From IMG/VR virus record IMGVR_UViG_3300016675_000431, positions 1 to 33,922 of that record: 33,922 bases of DNA; one strand, 5' to 3'. The translations under genes and the position numbers were made by a program. The DNA is from a virus. Lineage: Duplodnaviria; Caudoviricetes. The number at the start of each line of letters is the position of its first letter. The first letter of the stretch is position 1. This document shows positions 8,321 to 16,629 of the stretch, in pieces. The notes beneath the pieces were generated by a model that did no database searches, had not been told where the DNA came from, and saw nothing but the letters and a program-made list of their open reading frames with translations.

Positions 8321-10302
8321 TAATTTCTTACCGCCCTTGCTCCAATCACAATATTTCCAACAGCAACAGGAAAGTTTAATGCAACTGTATAACGCATACT
8401 TTGTCCTTCCATAATCTTAAAATCATAAGATACTGTATTATCAGCAGAAATAGCATATACAATTATAGATGATGGTTCAGTAAGAGTCACGTCAACAACA
8501 ACACCGTCTGAGGTTGGGAACTGTTGTATTGATTGTATGTAATTTGGATTACTTGGAATATTTGGAATATTACCCGTTAATTGAGGTAGCTTATAGTTTT
8601 CTAAAATTGAATTAAGATACAACATTGTAGAAAACAAATCAGGGACTATATAACGTTTAAAGGTATCAGAACCCTTATTTGTTGCTAATATACCTTCCTT
8701 AAACTTAAGACCCTCTATATTCAGTGCCGTAGTAAAGGTTTTAGTAAAAAACATATTCAATAAAGATTGTTTTGTATCCAAGCCCAAATCAGTAATGGTT
8801 CTTTTTAAACCTATCAAGGGTGGAGAAAAGTTTTCTTCATAATGAATATTGTAATCAGGTGAGTTTTCATTTGAGGATAATACTACTTCTGATATACTAA
8901 TAGAATAATCTTGTTCTAATATATTATTAGCATAAGTTAAAATGTCTTCATTATTTATAAGAAGTCCATAAGCTGCCATTAAAGTATAATCTAAACTTTC
9001 TGGTATATAGGTGTTATCAGCCAAAACTACAGTAGAATTTGTTAATACTAACAGACTGTAATTAATATTTATTTGAGTCTTTAATGATTCTAAAACATTA
9101 CTAGGATAATTTAATAAGTCGTAAATCAGTAATAATAAAACTTGATTTTTTAATAAATAAGTTGTTTTTTCTACATTATTTAAGTAACCATCTTTTATAA
9201 GAAATTCCTGTGCCGTACCTACATTGTTATTAATATAGGCAAAAACTCTATCTAAAAAACTAACAATTCCAGAAAGAACAAAGTCCCTAAGTTCAGGAAT
9301 ATTACTTGATAAAAATCTGTAAATACAATAGAGGTTATCAAATACAAATGCATCTTCATATATGTTAGATGTTCCTTCGATATTATATGATGCATGAAGA
9401 AGGTGATTTGTTTTTGGTGCAGAATTCAAAAAATCCAATAAAGCATTAAAGTGATTGATGGGTCTTGCATTATCGGGTTGTAATGTTTTTAGTTTACCCC
9501 AAAAAAGAATACTTTCTACTAAAGTCATTAAGGACAAACGGTTGCTTATGGGAGCATTTGTGATAGACAATAAAGAGTCTATAGGAAATAAATAATCTCT
9601 AGGTAAGCCTGTTGAAGAACTAATTCCACCTATTTTTATGTAGTTAGGTGAACTTGGTAACTTGACTTGTAATGATGCATCCAACGAGTTATTGACTGTA
9701 TAACTATTTGTACTTCTTATTTGTTGTGCTTGTCTATGACCTATATCTACTACTAATTTGTCTAAGGTTTCAACATATATCAAAGGATAAACACCAATGG
9801 TAGAAATATTCCCATCCAACAGTTTTTCATATACAAGAATTTTACAGTTTTTTGGTACAGGAGAATAGAGTTTCTTTAAGTCTTCCGTACTATAAAGTAC
9901 ATCAGTATTGTTTTCTATAACAGCTATTACATGTTTATCAGTAGATACAATAGCTAAAGTTTCATTTGCACTGTCTATTAATAAGCTTGAAACTTCCGAA
10001 TAAGTTATATTATCGTTACTTGTATATATTCTTATAAAAGAATTTGGTAACTGGCCTACTGGGTAGTCTTCTACTGAAACAGAAAAGTTATTTGTTACTT
10101 GTGTGGGATTTTCTAGTAATCCTGCATTAAGTTTTAGTTTAGGATTTCGTCCATTGGTTATACCACTTGTTTCAAGCCCTAAATAGTCTGCATTTAAATT
10201 AACCAACCAACGAGAAGAATTGTTTTGGTCTTCAACTAGACTATAAGCAAAAGAAGTTACATTATTTAAAAATTTTTCATAGGTGAAATCATCTATGTTC
10301 AT
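8320..10302 (-). CDS. Hypothetical protein (660 aa), probably virion structural
   Basis: Long ORF with GGAG SD, preceded by TATAATTAAATA; N/S/T-rich with beta-rich-looking termini. The structural role is inference from context. Confidence 0.8.
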   Translation of the reverse strand: MNIDDFTYEKFLNNVTSFAYSLVEDQNNSSRWLVNLNADYLGLETSGITNGRNPKLKLNAGLLENPTQVTNNFSVSVEDYPVGQLPNSFIRIYTSNDNITYSEVSSLLIDSANETLAIVSTDKHVIAVIENNTDVLYSTEDLKKLYSPVPKNCKILVYEKLLDGNISTIGVYPLIYVETLDKLVVDIGHRQAQQIRSTNSYTVNNSLDASLQVKLPSSPNYIKIGGISSSTGLPRDYLFPIDSLLSITNAPISNRLSLMTLVESILFWGKLKTLQPDNARPINHFNALLDFLNSAPKTNHLLHASYNIEGTSNIYEDAFVFDNLYCIYRFLSSNIPELRDFVLSGIVSFLDRVFAYINNNVGTAQEFLIKDGYLNNVEKTTYLLKNQVLLLLIYDLLNYPSNVLESLKTQININYSLLVLTNSTVVLADNTYIPESLDYTLMAAYGLLINNEDILTYANNILEQDYSISISEVVLSSNENSPDYNIHYEENFSPPLIGLKRTITDLGLDTKQSLLNMFFTKTFTTALNIEGLKFKEGILATNKGSDTFKRYIVPDLFSTMLYLNSILENYKLPQLTGNIPNIPSNPNYIQSIQQFPTSDGVVVDVTLTEPSSIIVYAISADNTVSYDFKIMEGQSMRYTVALNFPVAVGNIVIGARAVRN

Positions 10303-10319
10303 GAGATATTCTCCAAATA

Positions 10320-10331
10320 TATTTAATTATA
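10320..10331 (-). promoter_or_regulatory. TATAATTAAATA candidate phage late promoter, copy 1
   Basis: Exact 12-mer, intergenic, 17 nt upstream of the 10302 start; identical copies at 11870 and 24031. Confidence 0.65.
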
Positions 10332-10336
10332 CTGTA

Positions 10337-10369
10337 TTGACACAAAAAGCAATACTTACATACTATAAT
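10337..10369 (+). promoter_or_regulatory. Sigma70-type promoter for 10380..10925
   Basis: TTGACA 10337-10342, 18-nt spacer, TACTAT 10361-10366 overlapping TATAAT 10364-10369. Confidence 0.7.
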
Positions 10370-10379
10370 AATATAGACT

Positions 10380-10925
10380 ATGGAACAAATATTTTCTGGA
10401 TTCACCGAAAACTCGTTTATACAATTAGTTGATGGGAAAGATTTAACTTTAATATCAGATTCGACGGGTATAAATATAGTTGCAAATAGTTATGTTACTG
10501 TTAGCCCTTATATTGACTATTATTCAAAAGTTTATGGAATTTTACATCATACCATAGCTACTTTACCCTTATCAAATTCTTTGTACAATTATCAAGTTAA
10601 TATAAAAACAACTACAGGTGATAAAATACCTTTTTTCAAGGTAACATACACAAATGAGTATTTATCTCCCGAAATTTATTACAATAGATTAAAAGACATC
10701 TCTATGTTTAGATTAAACAATCATATATTCACTTTGTTTGTTTACGAAAATTTTATATCTTTACCTAAAAACTTTGATTTGGAAATGAGTTCAAATGTAA
10801 ATGTTACTGTTGTTAACTTTCAGAATTTTATACATAAAAAATTAAATACAAACAACTTTTTGTTAAAATTACCTAAGTTATCAAGTCTCGGAAAAGAAGT
10901 TTTAGGAAGCCTACCACAAAAATAA
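10380..10925 (+). CDS. Hypothetical protein (181 aa), stand-alone opposite-strand gene
   Basis: Fills the gap between minus-strand genes and has its own promoter and terminator. Confidence 0.8.
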   Translation: MEQIFSGFTENSFIQLVDGKDLTLISDSTGINIVANSYVTVSPYIDYYSKVYGILHHTIATLPLSNSLYNYQVNIKTTTGDKIPFFKVTYTNEYLSPEIYYNRLKDISMFRLNNHIFTLFVYENFISLPKNFDLEMSSNVNVTVVNFQNFIHKKLNTNNFLLKLPKLSSLGKEVLGSLPQK

Positions 10926-10949
10926 GGAGCCAATTAAGGCTCCTTATTT
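10920..10949. terminator. Hairpin between convergent genes, likely bidirectional terminator
   Basis: AAATAAGGAGCC-aattaa-GGCTCCTTATTT, a perfect 12-bp inverted repeat. Confidence 0.85.
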
Positions 10950-10963
10950 ACTTTTGACAGGTA

Positions 10964-11830
10964 TTATTCAAAAATCACTTTGACTTTAGCTTTTGAACCG
11001 TAATGCCGTACATCTTGTATACTTACAGTGGATATAACAGCACGTTTTCCTTCATTTTGAGAGTTGTACTTATTTTGGAAGGATTTTGCAGAAGCACGGT
11101 CTCTAAACACAGGCTCAGTATCGGAAAGACTGTTACAAGACTTTAATAGACTCTCTAATCTATCTGATTCTCTATTAAAATTGGACATTAGGCTTTTTTG
11201 CACCATCTCGTCCTTTTTGTCTTCGGCTTCTACTGATTTATTTTCCTGTCCTTCTCCATCCATAGCTTCTTTAAGCTGTTCGGGCATACCCTTGGTTTCT
11301 GTTTCAGTTTTTTCGTGTCCTTCATCTGCTTTGTGTTCATCAGCTTCAGCAGATTTGGTTTCCATCTCAGAAACAAACTCGTCTTGTTTCCCTATTTTTT
11401 CAGCTTTATCAGGATTTGTTACCCCATCTAAAGACTTCAGGGCAGTATCCAAAAGTTGTTTTTCTTCAGTAGTTAAGTTTAATTTATTTAATTTATCAGA
11501 TAAAGACTTAACTGTACCTTCTTTAACATGCTTATCGCCCACTTTTTCTACATCAGGTGAATTCATTTCTTGCCCATAAGCATTCTCTTTAAGCTTTGGG
11601 ATGTCTAGTTGAATATTTGATTCCCCTGAAACACGTACAAATTCACTCTTGATGATGAGCCACTTGTAGGTAGTATCGGCAATACGTGAGTCTAAACTTT
11701 TTAGGGTTTCACTCTTACGTACTTTATCATTTATTGGAAGTACAACATAGTCATCTCTATTCAAGTCATTAAAAGATAAATAACTTTTTAGGGCTTCTTT
11801 TGTACGTGCTGCGTGTAATAAGTTCTTCAT
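10964..11830 (-). CDS. Highly charged KS-rich protein, candidate head scaffold or internal protein
   Basis: True start probably ATG 11830 (GGAGG SD upstream) rather than TTG 11848; E/K/D-rich helical composition; 11 K-S dipeptides. Confidence 0.7.
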   Translation of the reverse strand: MKNLLHAARTKEALKSYLSFNDLNRDDYVVLPINDKVRKSETLKSLDSRIADTTYKWLIIKSEFVRVSGESNIQLDIPKLKENAYGQEMNSPDVEKVGDKHVKEGTVKSLSDKLNKLNLTTEEKQLLDTALKSLDGVTNPDKAEKIGKQDEFVSEMETKSAEADEHKADEGHEKTETETKGMPEQLKEAMDGEGQENKSVEAEDKKDEMVQKSLMSNFNRESDRLESLLKSCNSLSDTEPVFRDRASAKSFQNKYNSQNEGKRAVISTVSIQDVRHYGSKAKVKVIFE

Positions 11831-11869
11831 TTCTTTTGTTTCCTCCAAACATCAATGTTTGTAAATTTC

Positions 11870-11881
11870 TATTTAATTATA
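11870..11881 (-). promoter_or_regulatory. TATAATTAAATA candidate phage late promoter, copy 2
   Basis: Exact 12-mer, intergenic, oriented toward the KS-rich gene. Confidence 0.65.
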
Positions 11882-11917
11882 AAAACTAATTTAGAAAAGG
11901 TTTAGCTTTTTTACTGT

Positions 11918-13525
11918 TTAGTTAAAAAGTTTATTAGGAGAGGTGTAAAAAAAGTTTATACCGTCTCTACCGTAACCTGTTCTATACTCGTTTAATAAAG
12001 CATAACGAATTATATCTTTCTTTTTATTAATTCTGGCTGTTCCAGGAGCAAAAGAACTAACATCAGTTCCTAAAAACATGGTTACAGAGTCATTCAACAT
12101 CGCTTCATTTAAATCTTTAGGAAATACAGGGGGTGTTGCTCTATGATATATATTTTTATTTTCCCATGCAATAACAGTTAGTGCTTGTGTTTCAAATTTG
12201 CTAGGTGAGTACCAATTGGCTACCTCTTCTCTAACTTCTTCCCAGACTAAATCAAAAGGTCTTGAAACATATTCAGGAATTATAAAATCGGCATTCCATA
12301 CTGGACTTGCTTGAGCCTCAAAAGGTAAAGCTCTAAAATACAATACTCTACCTGTAAATTGATTTTGGGCTAACCTATCTCGCATTGTTTCTAAGGCTTG
12401 TGTAAAAGTTAAAAAAGCATCAGAGGGTTTATCAGTTAGACCATCAAAACCAATTGGGTATACAATGTTGATAATAGGTGCAAAATCTGTCATTTTCACA
12501 TAACGCCCACTAAATCTTACAGAAACAACACCAGTTGTTACTGTTATTGCATTAATTTGTAAAGTATTTACTGTAACTTCTGTATTAGGAGGTAAAGTTA
12601 TAGTCTCAGAACCTTCTTCCCAAACTTTAGTTGTGTCATTCCATTCACGGGTAGTTAATTCTGCTGTTATGTTACCACCTGAAGTTGCCGTATTCTTTAA
12701 TACAATACCTAAAACAGTAAAGGGAAATTCAATATAAGGATTAAGATTACCTGACAAAACAAAGGTCGCCAATGATAAATCTCTATCAAAAGTCTCTAAA
12801 GCAGCCCATCCACCGTAACCTTCATCGTTTAAAGGTAAATATTTTGAATCAAAGAATGCTTTTACTTTTTGTAATACTTCAGCAGTTTGTACAGGGTCAT
12901 AATCAGAGTTTATAGGTCTTACATAATTGGCAGGATATAAACTTTGTATCGAATCCATTAAAAAGGAAAAGTAATCTTGATAAAAGTTATTTTGATTAGT
13001 CGAAAAAACTCTACCATTTAACCAATATTCCATTTCAAATAAGTTTTCTGCACCAAGTAAGGCAGGTTTTCCTGTTCCACTCGTAATAGGTTGCCAATTA
13101 TAACCACCTAAATTTATGGGATTATAAAGAATATCTCTATCAGGGTATCCTACTCCATATTCATCTTCTGGATTCTGTATTAATGTAGGGAACAATGGAG
13201 TTAGCATTGCCTCCACATTTGCCATATGTGTTTCGTCTACCACTACTGTATCAGTAGAAGGTGCTGAAGGTTCAAATTCAACCTCGTACCAGTTTGTAGT
13301 AGCAGCAAATTCGTTATAGCTTCCAGGAGAAATTAAAATAAACTCATCACTAAACTTTTGTAAATAAACTTTTATGCTATTATTGGTAGAACGATTAAGT
13401 ATACCAATACTCATCAAAAAGTAAGGCAGAGATTGTATATGTTGAGTACCAACATTGGGTTGATTCTTCTGCAAAACCTTTGATGAAGTTGTTAAATTAA
13501 ATCTTGACGTGTTGTCCATGTTCAC
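11918..13525 (-). CDS. Hypothetical protein (about 535 aa), probably virion structural, possible two-fold internal duplication
   Basis: Long ORF; start may be ATG 13519; two beta-rich segments each followed by a helical segment. Confidence 0.8.
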   Translation of the reverse strand: MNMDNTSRFNLTTSSKVLQKNQPNVGTQHIQSLPYFLMSIGILNRSTNNSIKVYLQKFSDEFILISPGSYNEFAATTNWYEVEFEPSAPSTDTVVVDETHMANVEAMLTPLFPTLIQNPEDEYGVGYPDRDILYNPINLGGYNWQPITSGTGKPALLGAENLFEMEYWLNGRVFSTNQNNFYQDYFSFLMDSIQSLYPANYVRPINSDYDPVQTAEVLQKVKAFFDSKYLPLNDEGYGGWAALETFDRDLSLATFVLSGNLNPYIEFPFTVLGIVLKNTATSGGNITAELTTREWNDTTKVWEEGSETITLPPNTEVTVNTLQINAITVTTGVVSVRFSGRYVKMTDFAPIINIVYPIGFDGLTDKPSDAFLTFTQALETMRDRLAQNQFTGRVLYFRALPFEAQASPVWNADFIIPEYVSRPFDLVWEEVREEVANWYSPSKFETQALTVIAWENKNIYHRATPPVFPKDLNEAMLNDSVTMFLGTDVSSFAPGTARINKKKDIIRYALLNEYRTGYGRDGINFFYTSPNKLFN

Positions 13526-13531
13526 CCTTGG

Positions 13532-13945
13532 TTATAACCATAATTTACCATCAATTATTTTATATACACCTTCATTCTTACTATCACTTTCACAATTCAA
13601 TTTATTAACCAAAGTCTGTCTATCAACTAAGGTCTCAAAATCAACAAATTCTGGCATATCTTCAGTTAATTCTACTTCAAAAAAATAACTTTTGCCATTA
13701 TATGTCAGTGTAATTAGATACTGTGTACCTGGAACCTCTAAACTACTTGAAGTTAACAAAGTTACTGAAGCCATTCCATATTGATTAGTCCTAAATTCAT
13801 GAGTGGTTGGAAAAGTTGTATTAAGTTGCCAAGCATTATGAAACTGAGGTAATACTTGTGCTTTTATAAAAGCCCAAGCAATAGGTTTACCTTGATAGTC
13901 CACTAATCTAAATTGTACAGTTTTAAACGACTCGCTCATTAGCAA
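13532..13945 (-). CDS. Virion protein with carboxypeptidase-regulatory/transthyretin-like beta-sandwich
   Basis: Pattern LVDYQGKPIAWAFI...FRTNQYGMASVTL...YLITL matches D-x-x-G-x-P ... T-D/N-x-x-G ... Y-x-I/L seen in phage tail and structural proteins. Confidence 0.6.
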   Translation of the reverse strand: MLMSESFKTVQFRLVDYQGKPIAWAFIKAQVLPQFHNAWQLNTTFPTTHEFRTNQYGMASVTLLTSSSLEVPGTQYLITLTYNGKSYFFEVELTEDMPEFVDFETLVDRQTLVNKLNCESDSKNEGVYKIIDGKLWL

Positions 13946-14571
13946 GCACTTCCTGGGCCAACTGCTACTTCGACTGTTTCTATACCAGCAGGTAGACTAC
14001 TTAATTTAACCAATTTTGTAAAATTTAAACGAGATATAGAAAGCACATAATCATAGGAACGATTTATTGACAGTGAAAACTTGCCGTCTCTGTCTGTTTG
14101 AGTGGTTGCATTCAACATGGTAGCTGGTGCATTATCAAAATAAGATGCTGAGTTCAAAACCGTAAAAGTTATACTTTCTCCATTAACAGGTACACCATAT
14201 GCATCATATAAGTACCCATAAATATTTACTAAACTAGGTAAGATAATGCCGCTGGTTCCATATTGTATAGTAAACGTATAATTCTCTAATAAATCAGTTT
14301 TATTTCTTATATAACCAATTAAAGTATCTGCTTTTTGTAATCTGGATAATGGGAACTGAAACCGTTGCAAATAAGAAGTTTTATAGGGTGTTTTTGTACT
14401 GTTAAAAAATGTCTCTGTTATAGAAGAGAAAGGGGTTGTTAGTGTTAGATATTTACCTAGAGTTGTTGAATAAATAGAAAACTCATAATCATCACTGTCT
14501 ATAGCTAGTGCTGTTATGAAAACATTTTCACCGTAATTTAATACATTTTTAAATTCTAAAGCGTTCAGCAT
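13939..14571 (-). CDS. Virion protein with C-terminal carboxypeptidase-regulatory-like beta-sandwich
   Basis: IYGYLYDAYGVPVNGESITF...TQTDRDGKFSLSI...YVLSI; GAGGG SD. Confidence 0.6.
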   Translation of the reverse strand: MLNALEFKNVLNYGENVFITALAIDSDDYEFSIYSTTLGKYLTLTTPFSSITETFFNSTKTPYKTSYLQRFQFPLSRLQKADTLIGYIRNKTDLLENYTFTIQYGTSGIILPSLVNIYGYLYDAYGVPVNGESITFTVLNSASYFDNAPATMLNATTQTDRDGKFSLSINRSYDYVLSISRLNFTKLVKLSSLPAGIETVEVAVGPGSAC

Positions 14572-14586
14572 AATAACCCTCTCTTA

Positions 14587-15801
14587 TTATTTTATCTCAA
14601 TTAAATGACGATTCTTTCCATACCATAATTCAAACCACAATACATTAAAGTTTCTATCATAGTCAAAAGGTTTTATATCTTCTGAACGTTCTTCATAACT
14701 CAAAGTAATGTGAGGTTTCCAATCAGGAAAATCATTTTTATATGGTATATCATATCTATTCAAGAAATCAATTAAATCGTCTCTGTCGAATTGGTCTATT
14801 TCTAGGGTTAGAATGTTAGGAATTAAGTTTTCAGAGGAATCTGAAGGTTCAAAAGTATCTTGACCTATTACTTTTACATGGGGTTCCCTGACAGAGTTAA
14901 CATACTGTGTTAATTTATCCAATAAGTAATATTCAGATAAAACAAAATCACTGACTTTACCAAAATAAACCACAGTAATATGTAACTCTTCGTTTTGTAA
15001 TTTACCTTGATAATTTTCTTTTATTTCTTCTTGTATCCTATCAGGAATCTTCAAAGTTAGAATGATTCCCTCTTTATTGTCTTCTAGTTTTTCATCAACA
15101 TCCATTTTAGATTTAGTTTTTCCTTCTAGGTCTTCTTTTTCAACAGTTTGGGAAACGGTACTAAAAGCTGTAATGGTTTTTGCAATGAATGGATGTAAGG
15201 TATCTAAACTTCCTGATAAATCTAAACCAATTAAACCTTCTATTGGATTACCTTCCAAAATATAACGACGTAATAAAATGGAGTTCTCAAAAAACTTTAT
15301 TTCTTCCGAAAATGTTTCATATTCTGCACCATTTATTATAGTTTGTAAGGTTATTAAATACAGCAAAATTAAAGCGTTAAAAGCAATAATTTCTGTTTTA
15401 TTTGTCGAATATATAACATTCCATAAGTCTATACATTCTTCTAAAGTAATTACTGAATCATATATAGATTTATGAAAGTTTGGGTTTATAGTTGGTAAAA
15501 GTGTATCGTCTGGATTATTTAATTCATAATTCTGACAGAGCTTTTCTACCCAGCTTCCCATTTTTTTAACTAAGTTTTCAACATCAAAAAAAGAATTATT
15601 GAAAAACTCATTTTCGTCTAAATTGTTTATTAAATCTCTATCTGATACTATTTCTAATAATTTATTTATATAGTCTTCTAAAACTTTACTTTGTTTAAAT
15701 ATGACAAAGATTTTTTCACAGTTTATAGCTTTAATTTTACTCTCTGCTAAAACTCTTGATACTCTAATGTCATAAAGTCTGTGAATTAATCTTTTTTTCA
15801 T
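14587..15801 (-). CDS. Unknown helical N-domain fused to a 2H phosphoesterase, Acb1 (T4 gp57B)-like anti-CBASS candidate
   Basis: Two HxT motifs: LHITVVY (His at 14980-82) and DFPDWKPHITLSY (His at 14710-12). The second resembles the T4 Acb1 C-terminal motif as I recall it (DFDDYTPHITLSY). Confidence 0.75.
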   Translation of the reverse strand: MKKRLIHRLYDIRVSRVLAESKIKAINCEKIFVIFKQSKVLEDYINKLLEIVSDRDLINNLDENEFFNNSFFDVENLVKKMGSWVEKLCQNYELNNPDDTLLPTINPNFHKSIYDSVITLEECIDLWNVIYSTNKTEIIAFNALILLYLITLQTIINGAEYETFSEEIKFFENSILLRRYILEGNPIEGLIGLDLSGSLDTLHPFIAKTITAFSTVSQTVEKEDLEGKTKSKMDVDEKLEDNKEGIILTLKIPDRIQEEIKENYQGKLQNEELHITVVYFGKVSDFVLSEYYLLDKLTQYVNSVREPHVKVIGQDTFEPSDSSENLIPNILTLEIDQFDRDDLIDFLNRYDIPYKNDFPDWKPHITLSYEERSEDIKPFDYDRNFNVLWFELWYGKNRHLIEIK

Positions 15802-16628
15802 ACTTTACCTGTACAAATGTCATCACTTAACATATTTGAAATACCTTTCCATAAACCAATTGGTGTGCCACCATTATATCCGTCTACAGAAACTATATAT
15901 TGAGTAAATTCTATACTTTTATCAAACATCTCTAAGGGTATAGGCTCGTTACAATCTTTTGAACCGAATTGTTTATCTATATAGTAATAATCTTCTGTAA
16001 ATCTATGTTCACTTACACTTTCTAAATATTTTTCAAATGAGGTTGCATTTATTTGATTGCTGGGCTTAAAAAGAAGACCTGCTTGTAAATACTCTCCAAC
16101 CTCAACAGTTAGGGGTCTACCTACATTGTGTAATATATTTAATTGATTGAAAATATAAGACAAATACGAATTTATGTGTGCTTGTTGTTTACCTGTTGTT
16201 GGGGCAGATGAGTTTTTGTTCTCCACCATATGCAATTTAGCTTCATTGGTTTTTAAGTCTAACTCAATAAAAGCATTATCTACTGCTCCACTTGATTTAG
16301 TACCCCTTTTTGTGTTTGCAAAAACAACTTTACTTCCAGACTTAACACCTAAAACCATATTTCTTCTATTTATACTATTTGGGGTATTAAAAAAGAAGTC
16401 TAATAACTCAGTATGTGAAGCTTTTTTTATATCAATTGGATTTAAGTTATTATCAACATATTCTACGTTTTGTCCTTTAAACTTACCTTCTAGGAATGAC
16501 AGAGAAGATAAAGATTCATAAAACTCAGCAATCTTTCTACTTGCATAAGAAGTCAAGAAATCACTATTACTATTATTTGATTTTTGGTCTTCAAGTAAAA
16601 GCATACGAGCAGCCATATTTTGTGCCAT
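15798..16628 (-). CDS. Hypothetical protein (276 aa), possible PD-(D/E)xK nuclease fold
   Basis: GAVD...HMVENK...QQAHINSY arrangement. The CDS is secure; the function is tentative. Confidence 0.55.
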   Translation of the reverse strand: MAQNMAARMLLLEDQKSNNSNSDFLTSYASRKIAEFYESLSSLSFLEGKFKGQNVEYVDNNLNPIDIKKASHTELLDFFFNTPNSINRRNMVLGVKSGSKVVFANTKRGTKSSGAVDNAFIELDLKTNEAKLHMVENKNSSAPTTGKQQAHINSYLSYIFNQLNILHNVGRPLTVEVGEYLQAGLLFKPSNQINATSFEKYLESVSEHRFTEDYYYIDKQFGSKDCNEPIPLEMFDKSIEFTQYIVSVDGYNGGTPIGLWKGISNMLSDDICTGKV

Positions 16629-16629
16629 T

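Noticed and set aside
11890-11915. Weak AAAAG...CTTTT hairpin after the 535-aa gene
   Set aside because: Short, nearly all A-U stem; not supportable as a terminator.
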